From NCBI GenBank assembly GCA_036723815.1, contig DAIMGQ010000001.1:1-40373 (forward strand): 40,373 nucleotides of DNA, given 5' to 3'. Origin of the DNA: Candidatus Planktophila sp. GTDB taxonomy: Bacteria > Actinomycetota > Actinomycetes > Nanopelagicales > Nanopelagicaceae. Made by a program: the position numbers and the translations under genes. Positions 1 through 9,215 of this stretch are shown in pieces (within the stretch, counting starts at the first letter, position 1; every line of letters starts with the position of its first letter). Under the pieces are notes generated by a model. The model did no database searches, was not told the origin of the DNA, and saw nothing but the letters and a program-made list of their open reading frames with translations.

Positions 1-525
1 CCGTTCTTTGTTTCTTTCCTACTTCGCACCATTGCATGGAAGCAGATACTTGGTGAAGAGGGCTTTGTGGTTCCGACCCTTCGAAATATAGGAATAATTG
101 GACAAAGCACCACCCTTACATCGACATCTTTTGCAGTAGTCATGGGTATGACATACAACTTCTTGCCCTTTATGACATTGCCTTTATACGCATCCCTTGA
201 GCGCATCGATCCGCGCACCATGGAGGCTTCTGGAGATCTTTACGCAAACGGATTTACAACTTTCCGCAAAGTCACTCTGCCTTTGTCTATGCCAGGTGTT
301 GTCGCAGGCACATTGTTGACCTTCATTCCTGCAGCAGGTGACTATGTAAATGCAGCCATTTTGGGAAGCCCAAACACCAAGATGATCGGAAATGTGATTG
401 AGTCTCGCTACTTCAAGATCGTTGACTACCCAACCGCTGCGGCGCTTTCCTTCACATTAATGGCTGCAATTTTAATTCTCGTCACAATCTATATTCGAAA
501 AGCTGGAACGGAGGAATTGGTATGA
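1..525 (+). CDS. potB: Polyamine ABC transporter permease (PotB-like), 5'-truncated by the window edge
   Basis: Frame is open from base 1 (PFFVSFLLRTIAWK...); EAA-type loop 'MEASGDLYANGFTTFRKVTLPLS'; adjacent to a second permease and agmatinase. Confidence 0.85.
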   Translation, partial: PFFVSFLLRTIAWKQILGEEGFVVPTLRNIGIIGQSTTLTSTSFAVVMGMTYNFLPFMTLPLYASLERIDPRTMEASGDLYANGFTTFRKVTLPLSMPGVVAGTLLTFIPAAGDYVNAAILGSPNTKMIGNVIESRYFKIVDYPTAAALSFTLMAAILILVTIYIRKAGTEELV

Positions 526-1361
526 ACAAGCAAAAGGACGCTTCGATCCCAACGATTCCAGCAAAGGCTCGACTATCACGCTGGTTTGGTCGCAACTTGA
601 TTCGTATTTATGCGGTGTTTGGTTTTACTTATCTTTTCATTCCCGTTTTGTATACATTTGCTTTCTCCTTTAACGATGCAGGTAAGTCAAACCTGATCTG
701 GAAGGGTTTCACACTAGATAACTGGAAGAACCCTTGTGGTGCTCCTGAGGTGTGTACGGCACTTGGCAACTCAATAAAGATTGGTTTGTTGGCAACAATC
801 TTCTCAACGATTCTAGGAACAATGATTGCCTTTGCAATCGGGCGTTATGCATTTAAGGGTCGCTCTTCATCCAACTTATTGATTTTCTTGCCGATGGCAA
901 CACCTGAAATTGTTTTGGGTGCTTCACTTCTTTCATTGTTCTTGGTATTTCACATTAACCCTGGCTTCTGGCCAACAGTTATCGCACACGTAATGTTTTG
1001 TATTTCTTTTGTTGTGGTTACGGTTAAGGCCCGTATTGCCTCTCTAGATCCACGTCTAGAGCAAGCTGCGATGGATCTCTATGCAAATGAGCTAGAAACT
1101 TTCCGCCGCGTGACCCTGCCTTTGGTTGCACCCGGTATTGCAGGGGCGGCACTACTTGCCTTTAGTTTGTCTTTTGATGACTTTATTATTACCAATTTTA
1201 ATTCAGGAACATTGAAAACCTTCCCTGAATTTGTGTATACATCTGCTGCCCGCGGTATTCCGGCTCAGGCAAATGTGATTGGTTCTGCCATGTTTATCTT
1301 GGCGCTACTGATTGTGATTGCGGGTCAATTTGTTGGTAAAAAGGTGAAGGTTTCTAAGTGA
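522..1361 (+). CDS. potC: Polyamine ABC transporter permease (PotC-like)
   Basis: 'LEQAAMDLYA...FRRVTLPL', 'SLSFDDF' motifs; ATGA overlap with upstream permease; GGAGGA SD. Confidence 0.85.
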   Translation: MNKQKDASIPTIPAKARLSRWFGRNLIRIYAVFGFTYLFIPVLYTFAFSFNDAGKSNLIWKGFTLDNWKNPCGAPEVCTALGNSIKIGLLATIFSTILGTMIAFAIGRYAFKGRSSSNLLIFLPMATPEIVLGASLLSLFLVFHINPGFWPTVIAHVMFCISFVVVTVKARIASLDPRLEQAAMDLYANELETFRRVTLPLVAPGIAGAALLAFSLSFDDFIITNFNSGTLKTFPEFVYTSAARGIPAQANVIGSAMFILALLIVIAGQFVGKKVKVSK

Positions 1362-2356
1362 CCAATCACGGCAATATGTATGGCCCTAGCTTTACCTTTT
1401 TGGGAATTCCTGCCTGTGATCTTGATGATCCAGCCAGTTATAAAGGTGCTGATGTAATTATTGTTGGTGCACCGATTGATAGCGGGACTTCCCATAGATC
1501 AGGTGCCAAGTTTGGTCCACAGGCAATTCGTGGGGGAGATTATCTGCCACATGATGGCTCCAGACCTCACCTTGCATTGCGCACAGATGGATTGAAGGAC
1601 CTCAAGGTTTTTGATGCAGGGGATCTGATGATGCCCGGTGGAGATTTAGTTGCATCACTTGAGGTGTTGCGCAATGCAACAGAAAAGATCTCTCGCGCAG
1701 GAATAATCCCTGTTGTTCTTGGAGGAGATCATTCAATTGCATCGGCAGATGTTGCAGGTATTGCTAATCACTTAGGTCATGGCAAAGTTTCGATGATTCA
1801 CTTTGATGCACATGCTGATACTGGTGAAGATCAGTTCGGAGCGTTGGTGGGTCACGGAACTCCTATGCGTAACCTCATCAATAATGGGTATGTTCGAGGA
1901 GATCGTTTCTTACAGATAGGTCTTCGCGGGTATTGGCCAGAAGATGCAACCCTTAATTGGATGCGCGATCAAGGTATGCGCTCATATGAAATGACTGAGA
2001 TTCATCACCGTGGATTAAAAGCGGTGCTCGATGAATCTTTTGCAACTCTAGTTGATGGCTGCGATGGAGTCTTCCTTTCAGTTGATATCGATGTTGTTGA
2101 TCCTGGGATGGCGCCAGGAACAGGAACACCAGAACCTGGTGGAATGACAAGCCGTGAGTTATTGGAAGCGGTTCGACGAATCTGTTTGGAATTGCCAATT
2201 GTCGGTATTGATATTGTTGAAGTTGCTCCGCCATTTGATACTGCAGATATCACAGCAATCTTGGCTAATCGCGTAGTTCTTGAAGCTTTGAGTGCGATAG
2301 CAAAGCGTCGTTCCGGCGCACCGTATTCGCCAACTCAGAACCTTCTCGATAGATAA
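1358..2356 (+). CDS. speB: Agmatinase (ureohydrolase family)
   Basis: GGDHS, DAHAD, SVDIDVVDPGMAPGTGTPEPGG Mn-binding motifs. Confidence 0.9.
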   Translation: MTNHGNMYGPSFTFLGIPACDLDDPASYKGADVIIVGAPIDSGTSHRSGAKFGPQAIRGGDYLPHDGSRPHLALRTDGLKDLKVFDAGDLMMPGGDLVASLEVLRNATEKISRAGIIPVVLGGDHSIASADVAGIANHLGHGKVSMIHFDAHADTGEDQFGALVGHGTPMRNLINNGYVRGDRFLQIGLRGYWPEDATLNWMRDQGMRSYEMTEIHHRGLKAVLDESFATLVDGCDGVFLSVDIDVVDPGMAPGTGTPEPGGMTSRELLEAVRRICLELPIVGIDIVEVAPPFDTADITAILANRVVLEALSAIAKRRSGAPYSPTQNLLDR

Positions 2357-2372
2357 TCGAGCTTTTCTAAGA

Positions 2373-2394
2373 TGTCAGCGGTATCGTGCATACT
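2373..2394 (+). promoter_or_regulatory. Putative PafBC/RecA-NDp-type promoter upstream of rip1
   Basis: TGTCAG-N10(CGGTATCGTG)-CATACT matches TGTCRG-N10-TANNNT with one deviation. Confidence 0.45.
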
Positions 2395-2423
2395 TCAAAG
2401 CAACTTCTCACGTTAGGCAATTA

Positions 2424-3569
2424 ATGGAACTTCTTGGAATTCTCGCCTTTATTGTTGCGCTGCTGCTTTCTGTAATGATCCATGAGTTTGGACATTACAT
2501 AACCGCTCGAAACTATGGAATGTGGGTTTCAGAGTTTTTTGTGGGCTTTGGAAAGAGAATCTGGTCTGTTCAGCGCGGAGAAACTGAGTTTGGAGTCAAA
2601 GCCATTCCAGCAGGTGGCTACTGCAAGATCGAAGGTATGTCTCCTAGTGATGAACTACCTGTTGGGCAAGAAGAGCGCGCTTTCTATAAGGCCTCATCCG
2701 GAAAGAAGCTAGTTGTTTTAGGCGCGGGATCATTTCTGCATTTTGTCTTGGGTTATCTACTGCTGTTCACACTTTTTGCCGGTATTGGAACAAATCAAGT
2801 TCTTCCAGTTATCAGCGAGGTAGTTCCTAATTCAGCTGCCGAAGCTGCTGGAATCCAGCCAGGAGATGAGATTCTTTCTATCAACGGTAAGAAAGTCACC
2901 GAGTGGTACAAAGATGTTGAAGTTATTCGTGAGTCACAAGGAAAAGAACTCACACTTGTACTTGATCGAAATGGCGAAGAGATTTCAATTGCAGCCTCTG
3001 GTCGATTGACTGATATTGATGGGACCAAGAGATATGTGCTTGGAATCGTCAATGACGTTGGCTTGAAGCGTTCTGGGCTGTTGGTTTCGTTCAAGAACTC
3101 TGCAATCGTTACTAAGAGTTTCTTAACTGAAAGCGTTAAATCACTAGCAAAGTTGCCTGAAAAGGTGCCAGCGCTATGGGGCGCAACAGTGCGCGGTGAA
3201 GAACGCGATGCCAATGGTTTAGTTGGTGTTGTTGGCGTGGCACGTGTTTCTGGTGAAGCTGTCGGCAGCGACAAGCTCACTCCGATGGAGCGTTTAGCTA
3301 CCTTTGTTCTAATTGTGGCTAGCCTTAATATCTTTGTTGGAATTTTTAATCTGCTGCCAATACTTCCACTAGATGGCGGACACATGGCAGTTGCAATTGC
3401 AGATGAGATCCGCGCCCTCTTTGCTCGTTTGCGTGGTCGTCCACGACCAGCCCAAATCGATGTGACTGTGCTAACCCCAGTAACCATGGTGGTTTTTGTG
3501 GTTCTTGCATGTTTGACCTTGCTGCTGTTGGTTGCAGATGTCATTAATCCTGTGACCCTCAACCTTTAA
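2424..3569 (+). CDS. rseP: M50 family site-2 intramembrane zinc metalloprotease with PDZ domain (RseP/Rip1)
   Basis: HEFGH, PDZ region, [11 protein letters not shown]; upstream of ispG. Confidence 0.93.
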   Translation: MELLGILAFIVALLLSVMIHEFGHYITARNYGMWVSEFFVGFGKRIWSVQRGETEFGVKAIPAGGYCKIEGMSPSDELPVGQEERAFYKASSGKKLVVLGAGSFLHFVLGYLLLFTLFAGIGTNQVLPVISEVVPNSAAEAAGIQPGDEILSINGKKVTEWYKDVEVIRESQGKELTLVLDRNGEEISIAASGRLTDIDGTKRYVLGIVNDVGLKRSGLLVSFKNSAIVTKSFLTESVKSLAKLPEKVPALWGATVRGEERDANGLVGVVGVARVSGEAVGSDKLTPMERLATFVLIVASLNIFVGIFNLLPILPLDGGHMAVAIADEIRALFARLRGRPRPAQIDVTVLTPVTMVVFVVLACLTLLLLVADVINPVTLNL

Positions 3570-3606
3570 TTCGCCGCTTTTACCTTGCGTAGTGCAGAAT
3601 AAAGCC

Positions 3607-4758
3607 ATGGTTGATCTCGGAATTCCAAGTGCACCACCTCCAACGCTGCACCCTCGCCGCAAGACTCGCCAACTTAAGGTTGGTTCTGTCGGCGTAGGAA
3701 GTGATTCTCCGGTTTCAGTTCAATCGATGTGCACGACTCTTACAGCAGATGTGAATGCGACATTGCAGCAGATTGCAGAGTTAACCGCTTCTGGTTGCCA
3801 GATTGTTCGTGTCGCTGTGCCAAGTCAAGATGATGCAGATGCACTTGCGCAGATAGCTAAGAAGTCGCAGATTCCAGTGATTGCAGACATTCACTTCCAA
3901 CCTAAATACATCTTCGCAGCAATCGATGCTGGCTGCGCCGCGGTGCGTGTTAATCCAGGAAACATCAAACAATTTGATGACAAGGTTAAAGAGGTTGCAA
4001 AGGCAGCAGGTGATGCTGGTATTCCAATTCGTATTGGTGTTAACGCTGGTTCTTTAGATCCACGTTTACTTGCAAAGTATGGGAAAGCAACTCCTGAGGC
4101 TTTGGCTGAATCAGCACTCTGGGAAGCATCTTTATTTGAGGAACATGGTTTTTCAGATATTAAGATCTCTGTAAAGCATCATGATCCTGTAACAATGGTT
4201 AATGCATATCGAATTCTTGCTGCAAAGTGTGATTACCCATTGCACCTTGGTGTGACAGAGGCTGGTCCACTCTTTCAAGGCACAATTAAGTCTGCAACTG
4301 CATTTGGTATTTTGTTAGCTGAAGGTATTGGAGACACCATCCGCGTTTCACTATCAGCGCCTCCCGTTGAAGAGGTAAAGGTGGGAATCTCAATTCTTGA
4401 ATCTCTCAACTTGCGTCAGCGCAAACTTGAAATCGTTTCATGTCCATCATGTGGCCGTGCACAAGTTGATGTTTACACATTGGCTGAAAAGGTGCAGGCT
4501 GGTTTAGAAGGAATGACAGTTCCATTGCGTGTGGCTGTTATGGGTTGTGTTGTTAATGGTCCAGGAGAAGCACGTGAAGCAGATCTTGGTGTTGCTTCTG
4601 GAAATGGCAAGGGACAGATATTTGTTAAGGGGCAGGTCATCAAAACTGTTCCAGAAGCGCAAATTGTTGAAACTCTTATCGAAGAAGCGATGCGATTAGC
4701 AGAAGAAATGGAAGCCGCCGGAGTTGCTTCAGGGCAACCTTCAGTTGATGTTCGATAA
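3607..4758 (+). CDS. ispG: 4-hydroxy-3-methylbut-2-en-1-yl diphosphate synthase
   Basis: [36 protein letters not shown] 3607 preferred (leaderless geometry). Confidence 0.97.
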   Translation: MVDLGIPSAPPPTLHPRRKTRQLKVGSVGVGSDSPVSVQSMCTTLTADVNATLQQIAELTASGCQIVRVAVPSQDDADALAQIAKKSQIPVIADIHFQPKYIFAAIDAGCAAVRVNPGNIKQFDDKVKEVAKAAGDAGIPIRIGVNAGSLDPRLLAKYGKATPEALAESALWEASLFEEHGFSDIKISVKHHDPVTMVNAYRILAAKCDYPLHLGVTEAGPLFQGTIKSATAFGILLAEGIGDTIRVSLSAPPVEEVKVGISILESLNLRQRKLEIVSCPSCGRAQVDVYTLAEKVQAGLEGMTVPLRVAVMGCVVNGPGEAREADLGVASGNGKGQIFVKGQVIKTVPEAQIVETLIEEAMRLAEEMEAAGVASGQPSVDVR

Positions 4759-4767
4759 GGTTTGTCC

Positions 4768-6492
4768 ATGTTGAAAATGTCTACGCTATTTTTGCGTACT
4801 CTTCGCGATGATCCAGCAGATGCTGAGGTCCCAAGTCATAAGCTGCTAGTTCGGGCTGGCTACGTGCGCAGGATTGCTGCAGGTATTTATTCGTGGCTGC
4901 CACTTGGCGTGATAACACTTCGAAATGTTGAACGAGTGATTCGTGAAGAAATGGATAAGGCGGGATTCCAAGAAGTTAACTTTCCATCACTTCTTCCACG
5001 TGATGCATATGAAACTACTAATCGTTGGGAAGAGTACGGGCCAGCGTTGTTTAGATTGCAAGATCGCAAAGGCGGGGATTACCTACTAGGTCCAACCCAC
5101 GAAGAGATGTTTACTTTGATGGTCAAAGGCGAGTACTCGTCCTATAAAGATTTGCCACTTAGTATTTACCAGATCGGAACAAAGTTCCGCGATGAAGCCC
5201 GACCACGTAGCGGGATTATCCGAGGCCGCGAGTTTGTCATGAAAGACTCATACTCATTTGATAGCGATGATGCTGGACTTGAAGTCTCATACCAAGAACA
5301 TCGCGAAGCATATGTAAAAACATTTGATCGCCTTGGTATGAACTATAAAATTGTTAAGGCTGTTTCAGGTGCTATGGGTGGATCTAAGTCAGAAGAATTC
5401 CTTGCTCCTTGTTCAACAGGTGAAGACACATATGTCTTGTGTCCTAAGTGTGGATTTGCCGCAAATGTTGAAGCGATGGTCACGAAGGTGGATGCTGAGG
5501 ATTTTTCAAAAACTCCCGCGCTAGAGGATTTTGATTCACCAAATACGCCAACTATTGATTCTTTAGTTGAGCTTCTTAATGCAAAGTTTGGTGGGGGATT
5601 TACTGGGGCCAACACACTAAAGAATGTGATGCTGATGGCAGATAACAAGGCTGTTTGCGTATTAGTACCTGGAGATCGCGAAGTTGATTTAAAGCGTTTC
5701 CAAGAAAACCTTGGTGGTGTACACGAGCTTCGTGTCTTTGAAGATGCAGACTTTGCAAAGTTCCCTGGTCTAGTTAAGGGATACATCGGACCACAGGATG
5801 CAAAGAAATCTGGAATTACTGTTTATGCAGATCCACATGTGGCACCTGGCACTTCATGGGTAACTGGTGCCAATAAAAAGGATCGTCATGCAAGAAATGT
5901 AGTTAACGGTCGCGATTTCACACCTGATGCATATGTTGAGGCTGCCGAAGTGCGAGCAGGAGATGCATGTCCAGAGTGTGCAACACCTATTGTTATTGAT
6001 CGCGCAATCGAGATCGGTCATATCTTCCAACTTGGTCGCAAGTATGCAGAGGCGCTAAATCTGACAGTTCTTGATCAAAACGGTAAGTCGCAGATTGTGA
6101 CTATGGGCTCCTATGGAATTGGTGTAACTCGCGCAGTTGCTGCAATTGCTGAGCAAACTCATGATGAAATCGGGCTTAATTGGCCAGCAGAGTTAGCCCC
6201 AGCCAAGGTGCATATTGTTGCTGCAGGTAAAGATGACCTGTTATTTGAAACAGCGCTAAAGCTAGGTACCGATCTTGAGGCACGGGGAATTTCAGTTATG
6301 TTGGACGATCGTCGTGATGCCAGCCCTGGCGTGAAATTCAAAGATGCAGAGTTGATTGGCAATCCAATAATTGTAGTTGTCGGTAAAGCGTTGGCTGAAG
6401 GAAATGTCGAAGTTCGAGTGCGCAAGAGTGGTGACAAAAAAGAGGTTGCACTTGTAAATGCGGTAACTTCGATCGCAGAGCTACTTAAGTAA
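4768..6492 (+). CDS. proS: Proline--tRNA ligase
   Basis: LGPTHEE, FRDEARPR, GREFVMKDSY, IEIGHIFQLG, MGSYGIG. Confidence 0.97.
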   Translation: MLKMSTLFLRTLRDDPADAEVPSHKLLVRAGYVRRIAAGIYSWLPLGVITLRNVERVIREEMDKAGFQEVNFPSLLPRDAYETTNRWEEYGPALFRLQDRKGGDYLLGPTHEEMFTLMVKGEYSSYKDLPLSIYQIGTKFRDEARPRSGIIRGREFVMKDSYSFDSDDAGLEVSYQEHREAYVKTFDRLGMNYKIVKAVSGAMGGSKSEEFLAPCSTGEDTYVLCPKCGFAANVEAMVTKVDAEDFSKTPALEDFDSPNTPTIDSLVELLNAKFGGGFTGANTLKNVMLMADNKAVCVLVPGDREVDLKRFQENLGGVHELRVFEDADFAKFPGLVKGYIGPQDAKKSGITVYADPHVAPGTSWVTGANKKDRHARNVVNGRDFTPDAYVEAAEVRAGDACPECATPIVIDRAIEIGHIFQLGRKYAEALNLTVLDQNGKSQIVTMGSYGIGVTRAVAAIAEQTHDEIGLNWPAELAPAKVHIVAAGKDDLLFETALKLGTDLEARGISVMLDDRRDASPGVKFKDAELIGNPIIVVVGKALAEGNVEVRVRKSGDKKEVALVNAVTSIAELLK

Positions 6493-6494
6493 TT

Positions 6495-7268
6495 GTGTTT
6501 CAGGATTTAACGCTTGCAACAGCACTTTTTCTATTAGCAGCATCTTTTTTCGCTGGCTTTATTGATTCCATTGCAGGCGGTGGAGGTTTAATTCAACTTC
6601 CTGCATTGCTGATTGGCTTACCAAAGTCTGAAACTGCAGTGGTGCTTGGTACCAACAAATTATCGGCAGTATTTGGAACGACAACGGCAGCTGCACTTTA
6701 TAGAAAGCAGATCAAGCCTGATCCAAAGATTTTGATCGCAATGGGATTGCCAGCATTCTTGGGCTCTGCAGGGGGAGCAGTTCTAGCTTCCAAGATCCCG
6801 ACGAGCAGTATGCGGCCGATGGTTTTGGTGCTACTTATTATCGTTGCCGTTTACACCTGGTTTAAACCTGATTTAGGTAAGTTTGAAAACCTGCGTCACC
6901 TACCAAAACGCAGAGTGCAAATTGCTGCAATTGCGGGAGTACTTATTGGTTTTTATGATGGAGTTTTTGGGCCAGGAACTGGGTCCTTCTTGATGCTCAT
7001 TCTTGTTGCATCTCTTGGATATGCCTTTATCACCGCTTCTGCAATTGCCAAGGTGGTCAACGTTGCAACCAATGTTGGGGCAATTATGGTTTTTGGAATA
7101 AACGGCGCGGTTCTTTGGCAGATTGGCATCATCCTTGGAATTGCAAATATAACAGGCGCAGTCATTGGAGCGCGTCTGGCTATCAAGGGTGGCTCCACTT
7201 TGGTGCGCAAAGTCTTCTTGCTAGTTACTGTTGCATTGATCGTTAAAGTAGGAATTGCAACCTTCTAA
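6495..7268 (+). CDS. TSUP (TauE/SafE) family membrane transporter
   Basis: 'AGFIDSIAGGGGLIQLP', 'GTNK', 'GFYDGVFGPGTGSF'. Confidence 0.88.
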   Translation: MFQDLTLATALFLLAASFFAGFIDSIAGGGGLIQLPALLIGLPKSETAVVLGTNKLSAVFGTTTAAALYRKQIKPDPKILIAMGLPAFLGSAGGAVLASKIPTSSMRPMVLVLLIIVAVYTWFKPDLGKFENLRHLPKRRVQIAAIAGVLIGFYDGVFGPGTGSFLMLILVASLGYAFITASAIAKVVNVATNVGAIMVFGINGAVLWQIGIILGIANITGAVIGARLAIKGGSTLVRKVFLLVTVALIVKVGIATF

Positions 7269-7315
7269 TTGTTCGCGTTACAATTAGGGAACAACTTAAT
7301 AGAAAGAAGAATGTG

Positions 7316-7786
7316 ATGGCCCTTAAGGATTCAATCGCCGATGCAATTCGCCCTGCTGTAGAAAACGCGGGATTCTTTCTAGAAGATGTCTTTACAAGCA
7401 ATCCTGGTAATCACCGCATTGTTACCTGCATGATCGACGGAGTTGCCCCACTTAGCCTTGATGAAGTGACAGTTGTTAGCCGTGAAATTTCAGCAATTCT
7501 TGATGAATCACCATTATTGTCTGAAGCATTTACCCTTGAAGTCACATCACCTGGTATCGAGCGTCCTCTCACTTTGCCTCGTCACTGGACGAAGAATCTA
7601 ACTCGCATTGTTAAGGTAACGCTCAATGACGATACTGAGGTTTCAGGTCGTCTAACTGAGTTTGATGAAGTCCGAGCAATTTTGGTTGAGAACATCAAGG
7701 GTCGAATGAAGACTCATGAAGTTGCATTTGCAGATATCAAGCGTGCAAACGTTGAGATCGAATTCAATCGTAAGGATGAGATCTAA
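7316..7786 (+). CDS. rimP: Ribosome maturation factor RimP
   Basis: 'FTLEVTSPGIERPL'; first gene of the nusA-infB operon; start 7313 or 7316. Confidence 0.93.
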   Translation: MALKDSIADAIRPAVENAGFFLEDVFTSNPGNHRIVTCMIDGVAPLSLDEVTVVSREISAILDESPLLSEAFTLEVTSPGIERPLTLPRHWTKNLTRIVKVTLNDDTEVSGRLTEFDEVRAILVENIKGRMKTHEVAFADIKRANVEIEFNRKDEI

Positions 7787-8778
7787 TGCATGTAGAGATG
7801 TCGGCTTTGGCTGCCCTTACAACAGAAAAAGATATTCATCTCGAAGATCTTATTTATGCGATCGAGGTTGCAGTTCTTGGTGCATATAACCAAACAGATA
7901 CAGCCAAGCGCCACGCTAGAGCTCATTTGGATCGTGAGACTGGTGAGATTTCTATCCTGGTTCCAATCTTTGGTGAAGATGGAACTCGTATTAGTGAAGA
8001 AGTTGATTCACCTGATGGGTTTTCACGTGTTGCAACATCGACTGCGCGCCAGATAATTAAGTTAAAAATGCGCGAGACCAACGATGCAGAAATTGTTGGA
8101 GAGTTCACAGCATCTGTTGGAGATGTTATTTCTGGTGTTGTGCAGCAAGGACGCGATCCCAAGATGATTAACGTCAACCTTGGTCGCGTTGAGGGACGCA
8201 TCCCACCACAGGAGCAAGTACCGGGCGAGGTGTATAACCACGGAGACCGTATTAAGTGTTTTGTAGTTGAAGTGAAGCAAGGGTTAAAGGGACCTGAAAT
8301 CATGTTATCCCGCTCTCACCCAGCACTGGTGAAACAGTTATTTGCTTTTGAAGTTCCAGAGATTAATGATCGCATCGTTGAAATCATGGCTGTTGCACGC
8401 GAAGCAGGACACAGAACAAAACTTGCGGTTAAAACTCATCGCGCCGGTGTTAGTCCAAAGGGTTCGTTGATTGGTCCCATGGGTTCACGAGCACGCGCCG
8501 TTATGGATGAACTGCACGGAGAAAAGATTGACATTGTTGATTGGTCTGAAGATCCGGCAGAATTTGTTGCAGCAGCACTTGCTCCTGCAAAGGTCAGTTC
8601 AGTTGAAATCACCGATCTTTCAACACGCAGCGCAAAGGTGATTGTTCCGGATTACCAGCTCTCATTGGCCATTGGAAAAGATGGACAGAACGCTCGCCTG
8701 GCTGCGCGATTGACTGGCTGGCGTATTGATATTCACCCAGACACAGTTGTTCCCGCTGCCACAGACGCAGCATTATGA
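7786..8778 (+). CDS. nusA: Transcription termination/antitermination factor NusA
   Basis: S1 and KH domains, 'AREAGHRTK', 'QLSLAIGKDGQNARLAARLTGWRIDI'. Confidence 0.97.
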   Translation: MHVEMSALAALTTEKDIHLEDLIYAIEVAVLGAYNQTDTAKRHARAHLDRETGEISILVPIFGEDGTRISEEVDSPDGFSRVATSTARQIIKLKMRETNDAEIVGEFTASVGDVISGVVQQGRDPKMINVNLGRVEGRIPPQEQVPGEVYNHGDRIKCFVVEVKQGLKGPEIMLSRSHPALVKQLFAFEVPEINDRIVEIMAVAREAGHRTKLAVKTHRAGVSPKGSLIGPMGSRARAVMDELHGEKIDIVDWSEDPAEFVAAALAPAKVSSVEITDLSTRSAKVIVPDYQLSLAIGKDGQNARLAARLTGWRIDIHPDTVVPAATDAAL

Positions 8779-8819
8779 CCAATTACCAGATTATGACTGG
8801 AGGGCTCTAGTTGGATACC

Positions 8820-9092
8820 ATGAGCCAGTTGGATTCAAGTTTTCCGGTACGTAGCTGCATTGGCTGCCGAAAGAAGGCGAACCCAGCAGCATTGATTCGG
8901 GTGGTTTTGATTGATGGGAAGTTAGTTCCTGATATCAAAGGCGGTGCTCCAGGTCGGGGCGCTTGGCTTCACAAGAAATGTGCAGAAGGTGCGATAAGTC
9001 GAGGCGCTTTTCGTTTTGCCCTTAAATTAAATAAGGAGCAGCAAGATGAGGCGATCGATGTATCGGAACTTCTGAAGTTTCTTGAAAGCTAG
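8820..9092 (+). CDS. ylxR: YlxR/DUF448 RNA-binding protein
   Basis: 'PVRSCIGCR', 'GRGAWLH'; between nusA and infB; start uncertain (8811 TTG or 8820 ATG). Confidence 0.85.
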   Translation: MSQLDSSFPVRSCIGCRKKANPAALIRVVLIDGKLVPDIKGGAPGRGAWLHKKCAEGAISRGAFRFALKLNKEQQDEAIDVSELLKFLES

Positions 9093-9114
9093 TTCGGTTA
9101 ATTACTTACAACGA

Positions 9115-9175
9115 ATGGATATGAAAGATATGAAACTCAAATGAGCTCGTTAGAACTATGAGGTCGTTCAACTAA
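9115..9175 (+). other. Three ATGA-overlapped mini-ORFs in the infB leader (MDMKDMKLK, MSSLEL, MRSFN)
   Basis: 9115-9144, 9141-9161 and 9158-9175; each TGA overlaps the next ATG; translation not demonstrated. Confidence 0.55.
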
Positions 9176-9201
9176 GGCTTGCATTTGAGAAAATGCGGGC
9201 C
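9176..9201 (+). promoter_or_regulatory. 11-bp hairpin with GAGA tetraloop just upstream of the infB SD
   Basis: GGCTTGCATTT-GAGA-AAATGCGGGCC; SD AGGAG at 9207-9211. Confidence 0.65.
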
Positions 9202-9215
9202 AAGACAGGAGAAAT

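Noticed and set aside
2795..3562. 255-aa antisense ORF inside rseP, and similar shadow ORFs opposite proS, nusA, infB, rodZ and leuC
   Set aside because: They lie fully opposite well-supported genes, are Ser/Thr/Pro-rich with no motifs, and are expected from sense-strand codon bias.
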